A stretch of 64,000 nucleotides of DNA from Tubulanus polymorphus (GCF_964204645.1 NC_134027.1:19802560-19866559), one strand, 5' to 3'; counted from the first letter of the stretch, positions 51,418-62,809 are shown. The notes: generated by a model from the sequence alone, not told the origin. Made by a program: numbers and translations.

Positions 51418-53619
51418 AATATTATATTTAGAGTTTCTGCTGCTTTCGCAGAAACCCTCTTGTAATTATTATAAATTTTCCACTTTCTAGCCAAAACTTT
51501 TTCATAAAATGTAACTCCTCTCAGATTCGACCACTATCAGTTTATAAACGTAATTCACATTTTTGTCAGAAATAGAACTCAGTGCCTGACCATTTCGAAT
51601 TTGCGTATAGTAATTTATTATGAATTAATCCCGTGTAATTACCGGGTCTAAACAGCGACAAGAATAAAGCAAAGCATTGTCATCCATTGATAAAAGTACA
51701 TCCTGAAAAGCCTACAAATTACCGGACGACCTCGAGCGTCAAACTCAACCGTAAATCAGGAATTCAGACTTAGAATTAGTCCGGATCCGTCATTTACTGC
51801 GGACAATATGCAGCCAACATGGCGGATGGTTGAAATCATTTTCAGCTTAAATTTATCGCAAGTTTATGGCGAGTTTTAGGACTTTAATGAACTATGATCC
51901 CTAAAATGAGTCAATTGATTTATTCTATTAGTAAATCAATTTACATTGGCTACATTTCCTGAAGATTTCTGGCTCAAATTAACGTAATATGGACAGGAAT
52001 GGTAGGGATTTTCCTATGGAATTTTACTTCCGCGTTCACTTGACGACTCGAATCGATGACAACGACAGCAGAGCAGAGTTTATGCAATTTAAGGTGAGGA
52101 TCCACTAACCAGGGAATGTAAGACATGATTTCTTGGTCTAACTGCAGTTAAGGTTACCTTTCCACTGGGTGGTGCTATGATATGAGTACATGATAGCAAA
52201 TGAGTTCTCGGCAAAGCAATGATCATTGTTGGCTACCTACTAGCCTAATGCCTAGCTTTTTGAGGGACACGCCAAGAATTGATTTAGGCCCTTAATGTAG
52301 TGTGTAGAGCCATTGGAAAGCCTTAGTAGTTAGTAAGGGACTGGTTTACACTTATGTATGCGACTATTTATTTCGATTACTTTCTCGATTACTTTGCTAT
52401 TGGTCGTGGAATGAACTGGTCACTACGGTTTTCAATTCCTTTGCCGATTCTTGCAGCTGGTGGGAATATATTTAAACCACAGTGTGCAAATGTACGTTTC
52501 AAATTAAGCGTCTCAGATGCTGTAAGTACCTGACGTTTTGTGTAATTGTTTTTTTTCTAAATGTCATGTTTAAAATATTTGGACCAGTAATCAGTCGTGC
52601 TAGTGTACATGCAGAATTAAGGGTGTATGCGACAAATAAGGAAAATACAGTTAATTTCCCTGTTTTCGGCTTAATTTTGAAGTAGATGAAAACCTGTTTT
52701 CTTTGAATTGAAGCCACGGGAACCACTTAACCTCATTTTCAAGCCGGCTTAGAATAGGCGATGTTGGGTTATTATGTCATTGATTTGCACAAAACGGACA
52801 CCAGTATAATCAAATTCCCATCCTCGATGGCGAGCGTTTCCAAAAACCCAGCAACAGTGAGTTCCGGGAACTCATTTTGACATGGAATGTCGGAATCCCA
52901 GCCTTCGATAATTTCCCATCTGCACCATGACCCAATAGACTCAATTACTCAAATAATTTGCGGATCTCATTTTGACACGACGTTAAGAATTCAAAACCCG
53001 CCAAGGAATCGACCACGAAATTGAATTAATAAAACTTTTGAATTTAATGAATAAAAGTTTACCGGTAGGAAATTATACGGAACAATTATCATCTTACCCA
53101 CGTACGTGTATATATATACCCAGCATTATAGATAGTATTGAAGTTTTCAGTTAAACAAGCCATAACAGAATTTACGTGACATGAACTACTACCACAAAAT
53201 AAGCTTTTCATCTTATTCCTAAAGGAACAGGTTCAACACTAATCAGTTATCTATTTTGTTACTAGCAAGCAAAGCAAAACATTCAAATGTTTTTGATATA
53301 TTCTAAATGTATTGTTTGCTTTTATTTCTATTAACGGAATTGATGGAAAAGTTGTTTAGCTGAATCGCAGTATCGTCTCGCAACTGGATCTTTTATGACA
53401 CAGTGTATTATACTTTTTCCACTGTCGGGTTATTTTCAAAGTGATTCACAATACGCGAGCGGATCTATTGCTATATGAGAGTGATGGTGATTGAATACTA
53501 ATTAAAGATAGAATGTCAGCTCTTTTATCTGTATTAGTGTATATAAATATATATCTTTATTAACGTGTCATCTCGATAAACAAGCCAGCCTATAATAAGG
53601 CTTACAAGACACATTGACA

Positions 53620-54330
53620 TTTACAAGTACAACAAACATGTGACATTGGATTAAGAATAAAGAATTTAGAATTTCGAAGTTTCATTGCGGCTGATATGAA
53701 TCCGCAAACACTTACGATACGACTATAACTTAGTAGAATTTTAGTTTTTAAGGCGTTAGACAAAAGATTAATATCTAGTTCTAGGATACCATTGAAGAAA
53801 AGAGGTCATTACGTAGATCAACGTATTTGTAGCAAGTACACAAGAAATGTTCCTCTGTTTCAACTTCATTCGCTGTACATGCCACACATATTCTTTGTTC
53901 AATTGGCAAATTACGGTAGCGACCTAGTTCTATGTTCTATGGCTTAAGTACGGTATAAGTACGGAGTTTTGATTGCAGAGGAACATTTCTTGACCACGTT
54001 ATAGCATAGTTTCTATATACAATTGTTCTAATATCATTCAAAACCGTTTTGATTTGATGGGTATTTAGAATAGATAACTGCATGTTTTCATAAAAATATT
54101 CCATATTACATTCAGTTAGAACTGAATTGACAAATGAACACCAATTAGCTTTGCCAATAAAGGCCTGTTCATAATCATAGAGAAACAAATGTTTGGTTAA
54201 TCTAGTATCTGGCAAATTACAAAGACGAAACCATAGGCGCAAAACCTCAATACGATGCATAATAAATACCGGTAGCCATCCCATATCACCTTCAATCGAT
54301 AACAAAGATGATTTGTATATGCCCATGTAA
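53620..54330 (-). mobile_element. 3' fragment of a non-LTR retrotransposon ORF2
   Basis: GDMGWLP..RLWFRL..RLTK, SKLRTY, then IELGRY..RICVAC..VETEEHFLCTC (CCHC tail). Confidence 0.8.
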
Positions 54331-54791
54331 TAGCTAGAAAGGACATAAGTAGCAAATAATCACGAATCTGAGAATGTTCAATGTATACACTGACTTTTAA
54401 GTGTTCTTAATATCCAGCAGTGATGTATAGTGCGTGTTTTATTGAAGTTCGTTAAAGTGTCCATGTGCAATAGGTATTATCGGGTAGACGGAATGGCCTG
54501 GTCGCTATCGGTCTATGTAGCTTTATGTCCTAATGTTACGGAATTATAAAAATGCTCTAGTATAGGCCTACAAAGAAAGTCTTTACAGCGGTCAAATGCA
54601 TGGTCTCGAAGAAAGAGCGAACCATGCGAAAGTTATTTACAAAATAATGTGAATTATCAGGCCAGTAGTAGGCGGCATTGCAACTGATTCGAAATAGTCG
54701 TGTCATCATTAAGAAATATCACATTTAGATTAATAGTTTTAGCCGGTGCTCGTGGTATTCTGATGCGAGAATGGTGTGATCAGATTAAACC

Positions 54792-55057
54792 AGTAATAGG
54801 GATAATGGGCTTTCAGATCAAAGGTCGAACGGTCGAGCTCGTAAAAAATGAAAAACATAAAAATAATAACAATTTCTACTTGAATTACTCGCGAAACTCA
54901 TTAAAATGAAAAATAAATTCTCACACGCTCGAATTTATTTTTCATTTTATGAGTTTCACTCCTAATTCAAGTAGAAATTGTTATTATTTTTATGTTTTTC
55001 ATTTTTACTCACCCGCCCGTTCAACCTTTAACCCGAAAGCCCATTATCCCTATTACT
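54792..55057. repeat. 266-bp terminal fold-back palindrome
   Basis: Arms 54792-54920 and 54931-55057, 10-nt loop TCACACGCTC. Confidence 0.95.
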
Positions 55058-55139
55058 CTTAAAATATTCATATATATATGAATAACATTTAAATCATTGA
55101 ACTTCTAAAATCAATTTTAATAAAAAATATAGTATTAAA

Positions 55140-55331
55140 ATGGAAGCAAATAAGTACTACTGCCCAACATGTAATATCGATATAGATAAATCCCAAAAAG
55201 CAAGACACAATAAAACTAGAACACATTTAGAGAATAAATTGAAACTAGAATATTTACAGTTATATTCAGAACAGTTAACAAAGGGAAAGAAATTTATTGA
55301 ATTATGGAATAATGATCCAAATAATGAATAA
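55140..55331 (+). pseudogene. Chimeric ORF: pPolB N-terminal zinc finger fused to the HNH C-terminal tail
   Basis: MEANKYYCPTC..KLKLEY equals the pPolB start at 19985; LQLYSEQLTK..WNNDPNNE equals the end of 7357-8022. Confidence 0.85.
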
Positions 55332-55470
55332 TACGTTGAGGAATTTATTATCAAGGAATCGAAAGAACTTATCAAAAGCAGCGAGGAATGAAAAAGGATG
55401 ACGTTGGTCGAAGAAATGGAAGAGGATTCTAAAATTATTAACCAATTTAGTAAAAAAATACGTATAATAA

Positions 55471-56139
55471 ATGGAACCAGAACAACCACAAATTATCAAT
55501 ATTACAAATAACACTGGTGTTATAAACATATACTACAAGAAGCGTTCTAAATGTGAATTAGATAAATTAGCTTTAACAGAATTTAGTAAGCGTAAGATTA
55601 GCAAAGATGGTTTTCAATATTGCTGTAAAACTTGTTTTAAACTATATACCAAACAATACCGAGAAGATAATAGAGAAGCTTATAATGATTATATGACGGA
55701 ATATATGAGAGAAAGATATCAAACAGATCTTAATTTTAGATTGAAACAATGCTTAAGGACTAGATTAACACAGTTATTCAACAAAGAAACACATTCAGAA
55801 ACACTATCTAATCTATTGGGTTGTTCAGATGAATTTCTCAAATCATGGATAATATATCAATTCGACGGTAAAATGAATATAGATAATTATGGTGAATACT
55901 TTCATATTGATCATGTGTTGCCGATTTCTAAATTTGACATGAATGATGAATACAATAAAAAACTTATTTGGAATTGGAAGAATCTAAGACCTTTAGAAAA
56001 GAAGGAAAACATTATTAAATCCAATAAACTAGATTTACAGTTATATTTAAATCAACTGGATAAAGCAAAGACATTTGTTGAATTATGGAATAGTATTTCA
56101 CAGAATCAACCGCATTCTGAGGTTTTGATTAGTGGTTAG
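55471..56139 (+). CDS. HNH endonuclease
   Basis: Close homolog of 7357-8022; first zinc-ribbon Cys changed to Arg. Confidence 0.85.
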   Translation: MEPEQPQIINITNNTGVINIYYKKRSKCELDKLALTEFSKRKISKDGFQYCCKTCFKLYTKQYREDNREAYNDYMTEYMRERYQTDLNFRLKQCLRTRLTQLFNKETHSETLSNLLGCSDEFLKSWIIYQFDGKMNIDNYGEYFHIDHVLPISKFDMNDEYNKKLIWNWKNLRPLEKKENIIKSNKLDLQLYLNQLDKAKTFVELWNSISQNQPHSEVLISG

Positions 56140-56487
56140 AAAGCTGGCAATTCTATTTGAGCTTTGTATGTATATAATACATAGCTTTTGCTTACTACTA
56201 AAACATATGTTGTCAAATATATCTTGTTTTCAATTCTACAGAATTAATTAACTTCATCATAAAGAACATCTGTGTAGAAGTAATTAGTTTGGTCGAACGT
56301 GCGCCACGTCGGCAGTTAGAAATCAACTTTCACATACATGGTACGTATTGGATATTCTCTCTCAAAACACAGTTTACAGTTCTAAATCTAAATGTAAGTA
56401 CCGTTTTTTGTAGTTATTATGAAGTAGGGAAACCTTTAAACATATTTAAGTATAGTAATTCATTTTCACGATATCTTTTAGATTAAA

Positions 56488-56957
56488 ATGGAACACAAAG
56501 ATCAACCAGAAATTCTAAGCCAACCAACGGATGAGGAACGATTGCTACTGGATAGTGAAACTCAGGAATCAATAGAAATGGAGGATGAAACTCTCGTAAT
56601 TGACGAACAAACTTCACAAACATTACAAGAACATTTGGACTATCATCAAGAAATGGTGAAATACATAATAGTGATGTAATACATAATAAACAATTACCGC
56701 GCGAACTATAATTACCAAAATTACCAGCAACGCGACTTAAATTGCTGTTGGGACTCAAAGAATCGAAAACTAAGAAAATGAGTGGAGATATCAGTGCCGG
56801 TTTTGAAAGAAAACTGAGAAGAGTAGGTAGATTAATAAAATATGAAAAATTCAAAATATTAGGATTAGCATTTAGTGAAGTAGTAAGATATTTACCAGAA
56901 ATTGAAGAAATGATTGGAAACAATCCAGTAATTAAAGAATTCTGGACAAAATTATAA
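56488..56957 (+). pseudogene. Acidic Polinton protein with candidate 5'-UTR intron (56394-56481)
   Basis: ORFs 56488-56679 and 56742-56957; GTAAGT donor and TCTTTTAG acceptor 6 nt before the ATG. Confidence 0.5.
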
Positions 56958-57019
56958 ATTATAATACTGAAGGTCTTAGATATCAAAAATGTAATCTCGA
57001 TTGTATATATCTGTTTTAA

Positions 57020-57380
57020 TATTGTATTGTTTACTGTTTACTAAGTATTACGCAATAACCGGTCCGATTGAACCGCTTTTCTATTGTTCTCCATTGTTCT
57101 ACTATTGATCGTTGTTAATGGCGGCGGTTGTTCTGTATTGATTGTTTACTGTTAACTGTGTATTGCGCAATAACCGGTCCGATTGGACCGCTTTTCTATT
57201 GTTCTCCATTGTTCTACTATTGATCGTTGTTGACTGAAACAGCTGCTCAATATTGATTGGTTACAGTTCTATGTTTGAATGTTGTAGTTTACAGAATAAA
57301 AATATAACTGTGTATTGCGCAATAACCGGTCCGATTGGACCGCATTTCTATTGTTCTCCATTGTTCTATTATCGATCGCT
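57020..57380. repeat. Three-copy palindromic repeat array
   Basis: TATT(A/G)CGCAATAACCGGTCCGATTG(A/G)ACCGC..CTATTGTTCTCCATTGTTCTA at ~57046, 57161 and 57313. Confidence 0.9.
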
Positions 57381-57786
57381 AAAATTTACATAATAAATAT
57401 ATGTGTTTATGAAATAATATTTCCACCAGTCGTTTCTTTGAATTTATTTTCAGTTGAGGATTTGATATCGAGGATCCGAAATGACTTATCTGGACAGTTA
57501 TAATTACTGCTCCTAATAGATAGACAATAGTAGTGAGATATCAAATAGAATTTAAATAAAATATAATAAAAAAACAATAACTTCAACTAGCTAGTGAATT
57601 CTATTATATTTTTAATACTTTCTTTTCAAAAAGAGAATACTTTATATTTTGAATAGATTCAAATAGATATTCTTTAAGTTCAAATAGCTAGTATCAGTAG
57701 TCAATACTAGAATTCTTTAGTTTTAACTAGCTAGTATCATTTTATAATACTTATAATATTTTTCTTATTAAATTTCTCTAATATAA

Positions 57787-58371
57787 ATGTCAAAGAAATC
57801 TAATAAGAATAGTATTGATATTGAAAAAACATTAGATGATTTGGGTATAAGTGATAATAAAGATACAGTTGTTTCTAATTCTATAGATTATAAATACTAT
57901 TTATATTGTAAGCATCATCTAGAACTATTGATTGCGAGTGGAAAAACTAAAGAGTTTATTGGTAAAACAATAACTTTTCAAGAATTAGATAATATGAACA
58001 AAGAAAAAGTAATCAAATATTTTAAGATTTATGAAGAGTCAAGATTAGCTAGAATAAATGATTCTATTTCAGATGGTATTATCAAATGTTATTCAAAATT
58101 ATGTAACCGGCTAATACCAATTGATGATGAAAATAAATTATATAATGATTTGAAAAATGACTACTTAGTTATGACTGAATTACAAAAATGGGTTGGATAT
58201 GCTTCATTTCAATTAGGATCGGTTATGACATTAATTTCTACTGGCGTCATAACATTTTCGAACATCAAACCTATGGAATATAAATCAGGTAAGAACGAAA
58301 CAGATGTACTACAACAAAACATCGAAACAGAAAATGAATCAGAACAAAAATTAACTAAAATAAATGAGTGA
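57787..58371 (+). CDS. Polinton hypothetical protein
   Basis: Intact 194 aa, TAAATG start, truncated homolog at 8270. Confidence 0.75.
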   Translation: MSKKSNKNSIDIEKTLDDLGISDNKDTVVSNSIDYKYYLYCKHHLELLIASGKTKEFIGKTITFQELDNMNKEKVIKYFKIYEESRLARINDSISDGIIKCYSKLCNRLIPIDDENKLYNDLKNDYLVMTELQKWVGYASFQLGSVMTLISTGVITFSNIKPMEYKSGKNETDVLQQNIETENESEQKLTKINE

Positions 58372-58759
58372 TGGAGTTAAGAAAAAGGCTAGATCCGAGA
58401 AACAAATTAAATGGGCAAGAGAATTAGGTAAAAGATCTTCAGAATTAAAAAAAGCTAAGAAAAAGAAATTAACTGATATAAATGAATCACAGAAATTATC
58501 TGATGGTGCCGTACAGCACCTACACGGTGGTATTGATTCAAATAATAATCCATCTAATTCTTCTAATAGTGGAAGAAATAATTACTTATATATTACAATT
58601 GGGTTAATCACAATTATTATATTCTCCGGTGTAATATATAAATCAAAATTCAAATCTGATGATAAATATGATTCCGATGACAATAAACCTATTATACCAG
58701 AAAATAAGTCAAATCATAAAGCCATTGAAACTAAATCTAAATTATTATTAATGGATTAA
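58364..58759 (+). CDS. Basic single-TM Polinton protein
   Basis: 131 aa; KKARSEKQIKWARELGK; TM YLYITIGLITIIIFSGVIY. Confidence 0.75.
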   Translation: MSDGVKKKARSEKQIKWARELGKRSSELKKAKKKKLTDINESQKLSDGAVQHLHGGIDSNNNPSNSSNSGRNNYLYITIGLITIIIFSGVIYKSKFKSDDKYDSDDNKPIIPENKSNHKAIETKSKLLLMD

Positions 58760-58762
58760 AAT

Positions 58763-59851
58763 ATGATGAAAAAAGAACAATATTTAAGAGAGTTATATTA
58801 TAACCCAGAAAGTGAAGTTTCATATTCAAGTGTTTCGGAATTATGGGATAAAATTAAATCTGATAAAGAAAAAATAAAATATAGTGAATTAAAATCATGG
58901 TTACAAAATCAACCCACATATCAAATTCATAAAAAGATGGATAAAAAATATTTAACAAGAAAAGTAATGGTTTCATATATTGACCAACAATGGCAAGCTG
59001 ATTTAATTGACATGAAAAACTTAGAAGAATATAACAAAGGATATTTTTGGATACTAAATGTTATAGATATATTCAGTAGATACGCATGGAGTATCCCAAT
59101 TAAAAATAAAACTGGTATAGAAGTTACAAATGCTTTTAAATCTATATTTAAAGAAGCTATTCCAGATAAGATACAATTTGATGAAGGTAAAGAATTTTAT
59201 AACAAACATTTTAAAAAACTATTAACTGATAACGATGTAGATTATTTTTCAACACACTCCGATAAAAAAGCATCTATTATAGAAAGATTTAATAAAACAT
59301 TGAAAACTAGAATGTGGAAATATTTTACTGCTAATGAAACATATAAATATATCGATGTGTTAGATGATTTAATGAAAGGTTATAATAATTCTAAACATAG
59401 TTCTATAAATATGAAACCTATACAAGCTAGAAAAGAAGAAAATTCAGAAATAGTTTGGAATAATTTATATGGAGCATTTGTTACACACGATTTTGGAGGA
59501 CCTAAATTTAAAATAGGACAACACGTTAGAATTTCTAAATATCGAAAAACATTTTATAAAGGTTATACCCCTAATTTTACAGAAGAAATATTTAAAATTA
59601 AAAAGATAATATTAACTAAACCATTTGTTTATAAATTAGAAGATTTAAAAGATGAAGAAATATTAGGTTATTTTTATGAACAAGAATTATCATTAGTACC
59701 AAATCCAGATGAAATAGAATACAAAATAGAAAAGGTATTAAAAACTAAAACTCTTAAAGGAAAAAAGTATTCTTTGGCGAAATATAAAGGATATGATAAT
59801 AAATTTAATGAATGGATTTTATCTAGTAAAATTAAAAGAATAAATGAATAA
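58763..59851 (+). CDS. int: rve integrase with chromodomain, intact
   Basis: LYYNP N-terminus, DDE core, chromodomain; 362 aa. Confidence 0.95.
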   Translation: MMKKEQYLRELYYNPESEVSYSSVSELWDKIKSDKEKIKYSELKSWLQNQPTYQIHKKMDKKYLTRKVMVSYIDQQWQADLIDMKNLEEYNKGYFWILNVIDIFSRYAWSIPIKNKTGIEVTNAFKSIFKEAIPDKIQFDEGKEFYNKHFKKLLTDNDVDYFSTHSDKKASIIERFNKTLKTRMWKYFTANETYKYIDVLDDLMKGYNNSKHSSINMKPIQARKEENSEIVWNNLYGAFVTHDFGGPKFKIGQHVRISKYRKTFYKGYTPNFTEEIFKIKKIILTKPFVYKLEDLKDEEILGYFYEQELSLVPNPDEIEYKIEKVLKTKTLKGKKYSLAKYKGYDNKFNEWILSSKIKRINE

Positions 59852-60458
59852 AGATTTATTTATATTTGAACCACATAATATGTCAGTTACTGGAGTAACC
59901 AATTGTGGTAAAACACACTTCATATTAGATTTATTAGAAACTATTTATAAAAATCATTTTGATAATATAATATTATTCTGTCCTACATATGAAATGAATG
60001 AAACGTATAATAGAGATATAGTTTTTAAAGATAAAAAGTTTATTATATTAAATTCTAAAACAGTGAAAGATAATTTAGATAATTGTATAAAAATTGCATT
60101 AGATATTTATAAAGGATCTAATACATTATTTATTATCGATGATTGCGCAAATTTACATGATTCAAAAGTTAGAGAAAGTGAGTTATGTTATTTAGCTTTC
60201 TCTGGAAGACATTTTGGGATAACAACATGGGTTTTAAATCAGAAATATAATTCAATTGTGAAAGATTTTAGAGAGAATATAAGATTTCTAGTTTTATTCT
60301 ACAACAAAGATAGAAAATCTATGCAACAATCATTGGAAGAAAATCAAATTATACCTCCTGAATAACATGATGAATATATGAATAAATTAAAAAAGAATAA
60401 AGGTTCAAAATTATTACTGAGATTACAATTTCCATATGAATATAAATTTATAAAATAA
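59844..60458 (+). pseudogene. Packaging ATPase with a premature stop at 60363
   Basis: GVTNCGKT, FIIDD, SGRH; TAA where B has TTA; homology continues to 60458. Confidence 0.9.
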
Positions 60459-60587
60459 CTATTTGTATACCTATGTATTAGATACCCTAATACCTGATAC
60501 CCTAATACCTGATACCCTATTAGATACCTTAAATACTTAAAACCCCCTTTTTTATTTACTATTATTTTATACAATTTTCAACCTTTA

Positions 60588-61529
60588 TTATTCGAGTAAT
60601 ATATAATTACTTTCTGAATCACTTTCACTATCAGACCTTAACAACATATTTAAATGCTCTACCGAATCTACATCAACATCTTTATAATTTTTTTTCACCT
60701 TTTTCGCCTTTTTTACCACACCACCAATAGTTGTTTCATTATTACGCTTATTCATCCTTTCTATTATATCATCAATAGTTTCTTCTTTATGTTTCATAGA
60801 ATCTTTAATATCAATATCTGTAACTATATCACCATGTGGGCGTATGGCGCCATTTTCATTATCATCTTTATTAGTGTTTGCTCCTAATATTTCATTTACA
60901 GTGTTTGATCCTAATATTTCATTAGCATCGGTTAAATCTAATTCATCGTTATTAGGTGTTGTTAATAATAAATCTTTATATAATTCTTTACCATTTACTT
61001 TTTTATTTGAAACAAATTTTGTAACATATCTAAATGGGTGTTCTATAAATTCTTTTTTACCAACACGTTCTATAACATTAGTAATATGTGAATTTGTATT
61101 CTTATGTTTATTCCAATTTGATGGAGCGTTTGAAAATTCACCATTACAATAACCACAATAATTTCTATTTTCACTAACATTTAATATTATTGCATTATTA
61201 TATGTAGTAGGTATTACAGATGTAGTAGGTATTACGTTATTAGATGTAGAAGGTATTACAGATGTAGTAGTAGGTATTACAGATGTAGTAGGTATTACAG
61301 ATGTAGTAGTAGGTATTACAGATGTAGTAGGTATTACATTATTATCAATTACACTATTATTAACAACACCACTTTTATTATTATCGATTTCTTTTAGTTT
61401 AGTTTTATAATTTTTAAAAATAGGATCAAATATCAAAGCTATATTACAAGGTATTACATAATATAAACCATCATTATTTTCATGTGTATCGATGTATGGA
61501 ATATGTTTATATACTTTACCTCCTTCCAT
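60588..61529 (-). CDS. Polinton protein with VIPTT(T)S repeats, C2H2 finger and acidic tail
   Basis: 313 aa; YCGYC..WNKHKNTNSH. Confidence 0.75.
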   Translation of the reverse strand: MEGGKVYKHIPYIDTHENNDGLYYVIPCNIALIFDPIFKNYKTKLKEIDNNKSGVVNNSVIDNNVIPTTSVIPTTTSVIPTTSVIPTTTSVIPSTSNNVIPTTSVIPTTYNNAIILNVSENRNYCGYCNGEFSNAPSNWNKHKNTNSHITNVIERVGKKEFIEHPFRYVTKFVSNKKVNGKELYKDLLLTTPNNDELDLTDANEILGSNTVNEILGANTNKDDNENGAIRPHGDIVTDIDIKDSMKHKEETIDDIIERMNKRNNETTIGGVVKKAKKVKKNYKDVDVDSVEHLNMLLRSDSESDSESNYILLE

Positions 61530-61561
61530 TTATTATATATATTTTTATTAAAGTTAAAATT

Positions 61562-62809
61562 TTAATACATAACACTATTTAATTGAGAATTTACAATATT
61601 TAATTGCGCATCAGATAATATATAAATATGCATTTTAAAATTTTTGATTCCCTTTTTCTTTTTCATAAATAATTGGATCCCATCTTTTGTATTTTGTAAT
61701 TTTTTCCCAGAACCATGTAATAAGTTATCTTCAGTTGTTCTAAAATCTACCCATAATGCAAATTTATTACCGGTATAATAGTCAATTTGATTAATGTTAC
61801 AATTTTCAAATGATTTTACTTTTTCATTCATAAAATGTTTTTTAATTTCTACCCATTGATCTATCATTCTCATTCCTTGACAAAATATTTTATTCGCTAT
61901 ACCTTCGATAGTTATTTCTACTTTTGTTATTTCAGGATTATAATAATTATCAACATTTATTGCGCCATTAGTATACGTTCCAATGGTAAAAAATATTAAT
62001 ATACCTTTAATAGATCTTCTTGGGAAGTTAATATTCTCATTAATTATTTCATCATTTGCATTAATAGTTACGGTTTTAAATTTATCAATATAATCATATA
62101 ATAATGAAAACCCTTGATTGTATTGGGTTTGAATTATACTTGAAATATTTTCATCAGTTACTGTATCATATTCTAAACATATATTCGATAATTTATAACT
62201 CATATCTTTAACAACGCTAGATAATACAATTTCATTTACAGGAGCAAATGTTATCTCAAATATAACATCTTCTTGAATTGCGTATTTATATAAAGGTGCA
62301 TTATTATTTATCAATTCAAAGTCTAATGGAATTTTATATTTGCTTCCATATATACTTTTTATCAATTTATCTACATCATTTGTTAATATTGCGCTATTAG
62401 CTTCTGATCTTAATTTATTTTGGTTTTCTGATTGGATTCCTTGAAATATCATATTATTTCTATTTTCTTTAGTTAACCATAAATCTTTATAATGCATAAA
62501 TAAATTACAATCATCTAATGAGAAAACTGTTTCTGGACCAATCTTTATTGTTAACTTTTTAATCAAATATCTTCCAACATTATCAACAACATAATTATTA
62601 TTATTACCGATTACTTTTATATCAGCTGATAAATAAATACTGTTTGGAACATAAAAAGTATTTTGTGTTAATCTCGGAATTCTAACGTATAAAGTTTCAT
62701 CGGGATTAATATTTGAAGGGTTATGAGTAATTATATGATGTGATCTTTCTGCTTTAATAGCATTAGATATTCTATGATTCTTAGAAGGATTGATATAACT
62801 TCCACTCAT
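61562..62809 (-). CDS. Putative double jelly-roll major capsid protein, intact
   Basis: 415 aa, beta-rich; size, context and recalled motifs fit invertebrate Polinton MCPs. Confidence 0.82.
   Translation of the reverse strand: MSGSYINPSKNHRISNAIKAERSHHIITHNPSNINPDETLYVRIPRLTQNTFYVPNSIYLSADIKVIGNNNNYVVDNVGRYLIKKLTIKIGPETVFSLDDCNLFMHYKDLWLTKENRNNMIFQGIQSENQNKLRSEANSAILTNDVDKLIKSIYGSKYKIPLDFELINNNAPLYKYAIQEDVIFEITFAPVNEIVLSSVVKDMSYKLSNICLEYDTVTDENISSIIQTQYNQGFSLLYDYIDKFKTVTINANDEIINENINFPRRSIKGILIFFTIGTYTNGAINVDNYYNPEITKVEITIEGIANKIFCQGMRMIDQWVEIKKHFMNEKVKSFENCNINQIDYYTGNKFALWVDFRTTEDNLLHGSGKKLQNTKDGIQLFMKKKKGIKNFKMHIYILSDAQLNIVNSQLNSVMY

Larger units (their letters stand above)
42790..51420. 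mobile_element. Polinton element C, heavily decayed, same subfamily as A; termini not found
   Basis: AT-rich; pPolB closest to that of A, intein remnant, same convergent neighbour gene, mCP and small-gene cluster. Confidence 0.88.

Noticed and set aside
51800-52525. Possible plus-strand host promoter and exons (CAACATGGCG; donor ~52093; exon ~52458-52521)
   Set aside because: Splice signals look plausible but I could not build a consistent reading frame; needs RNA data.
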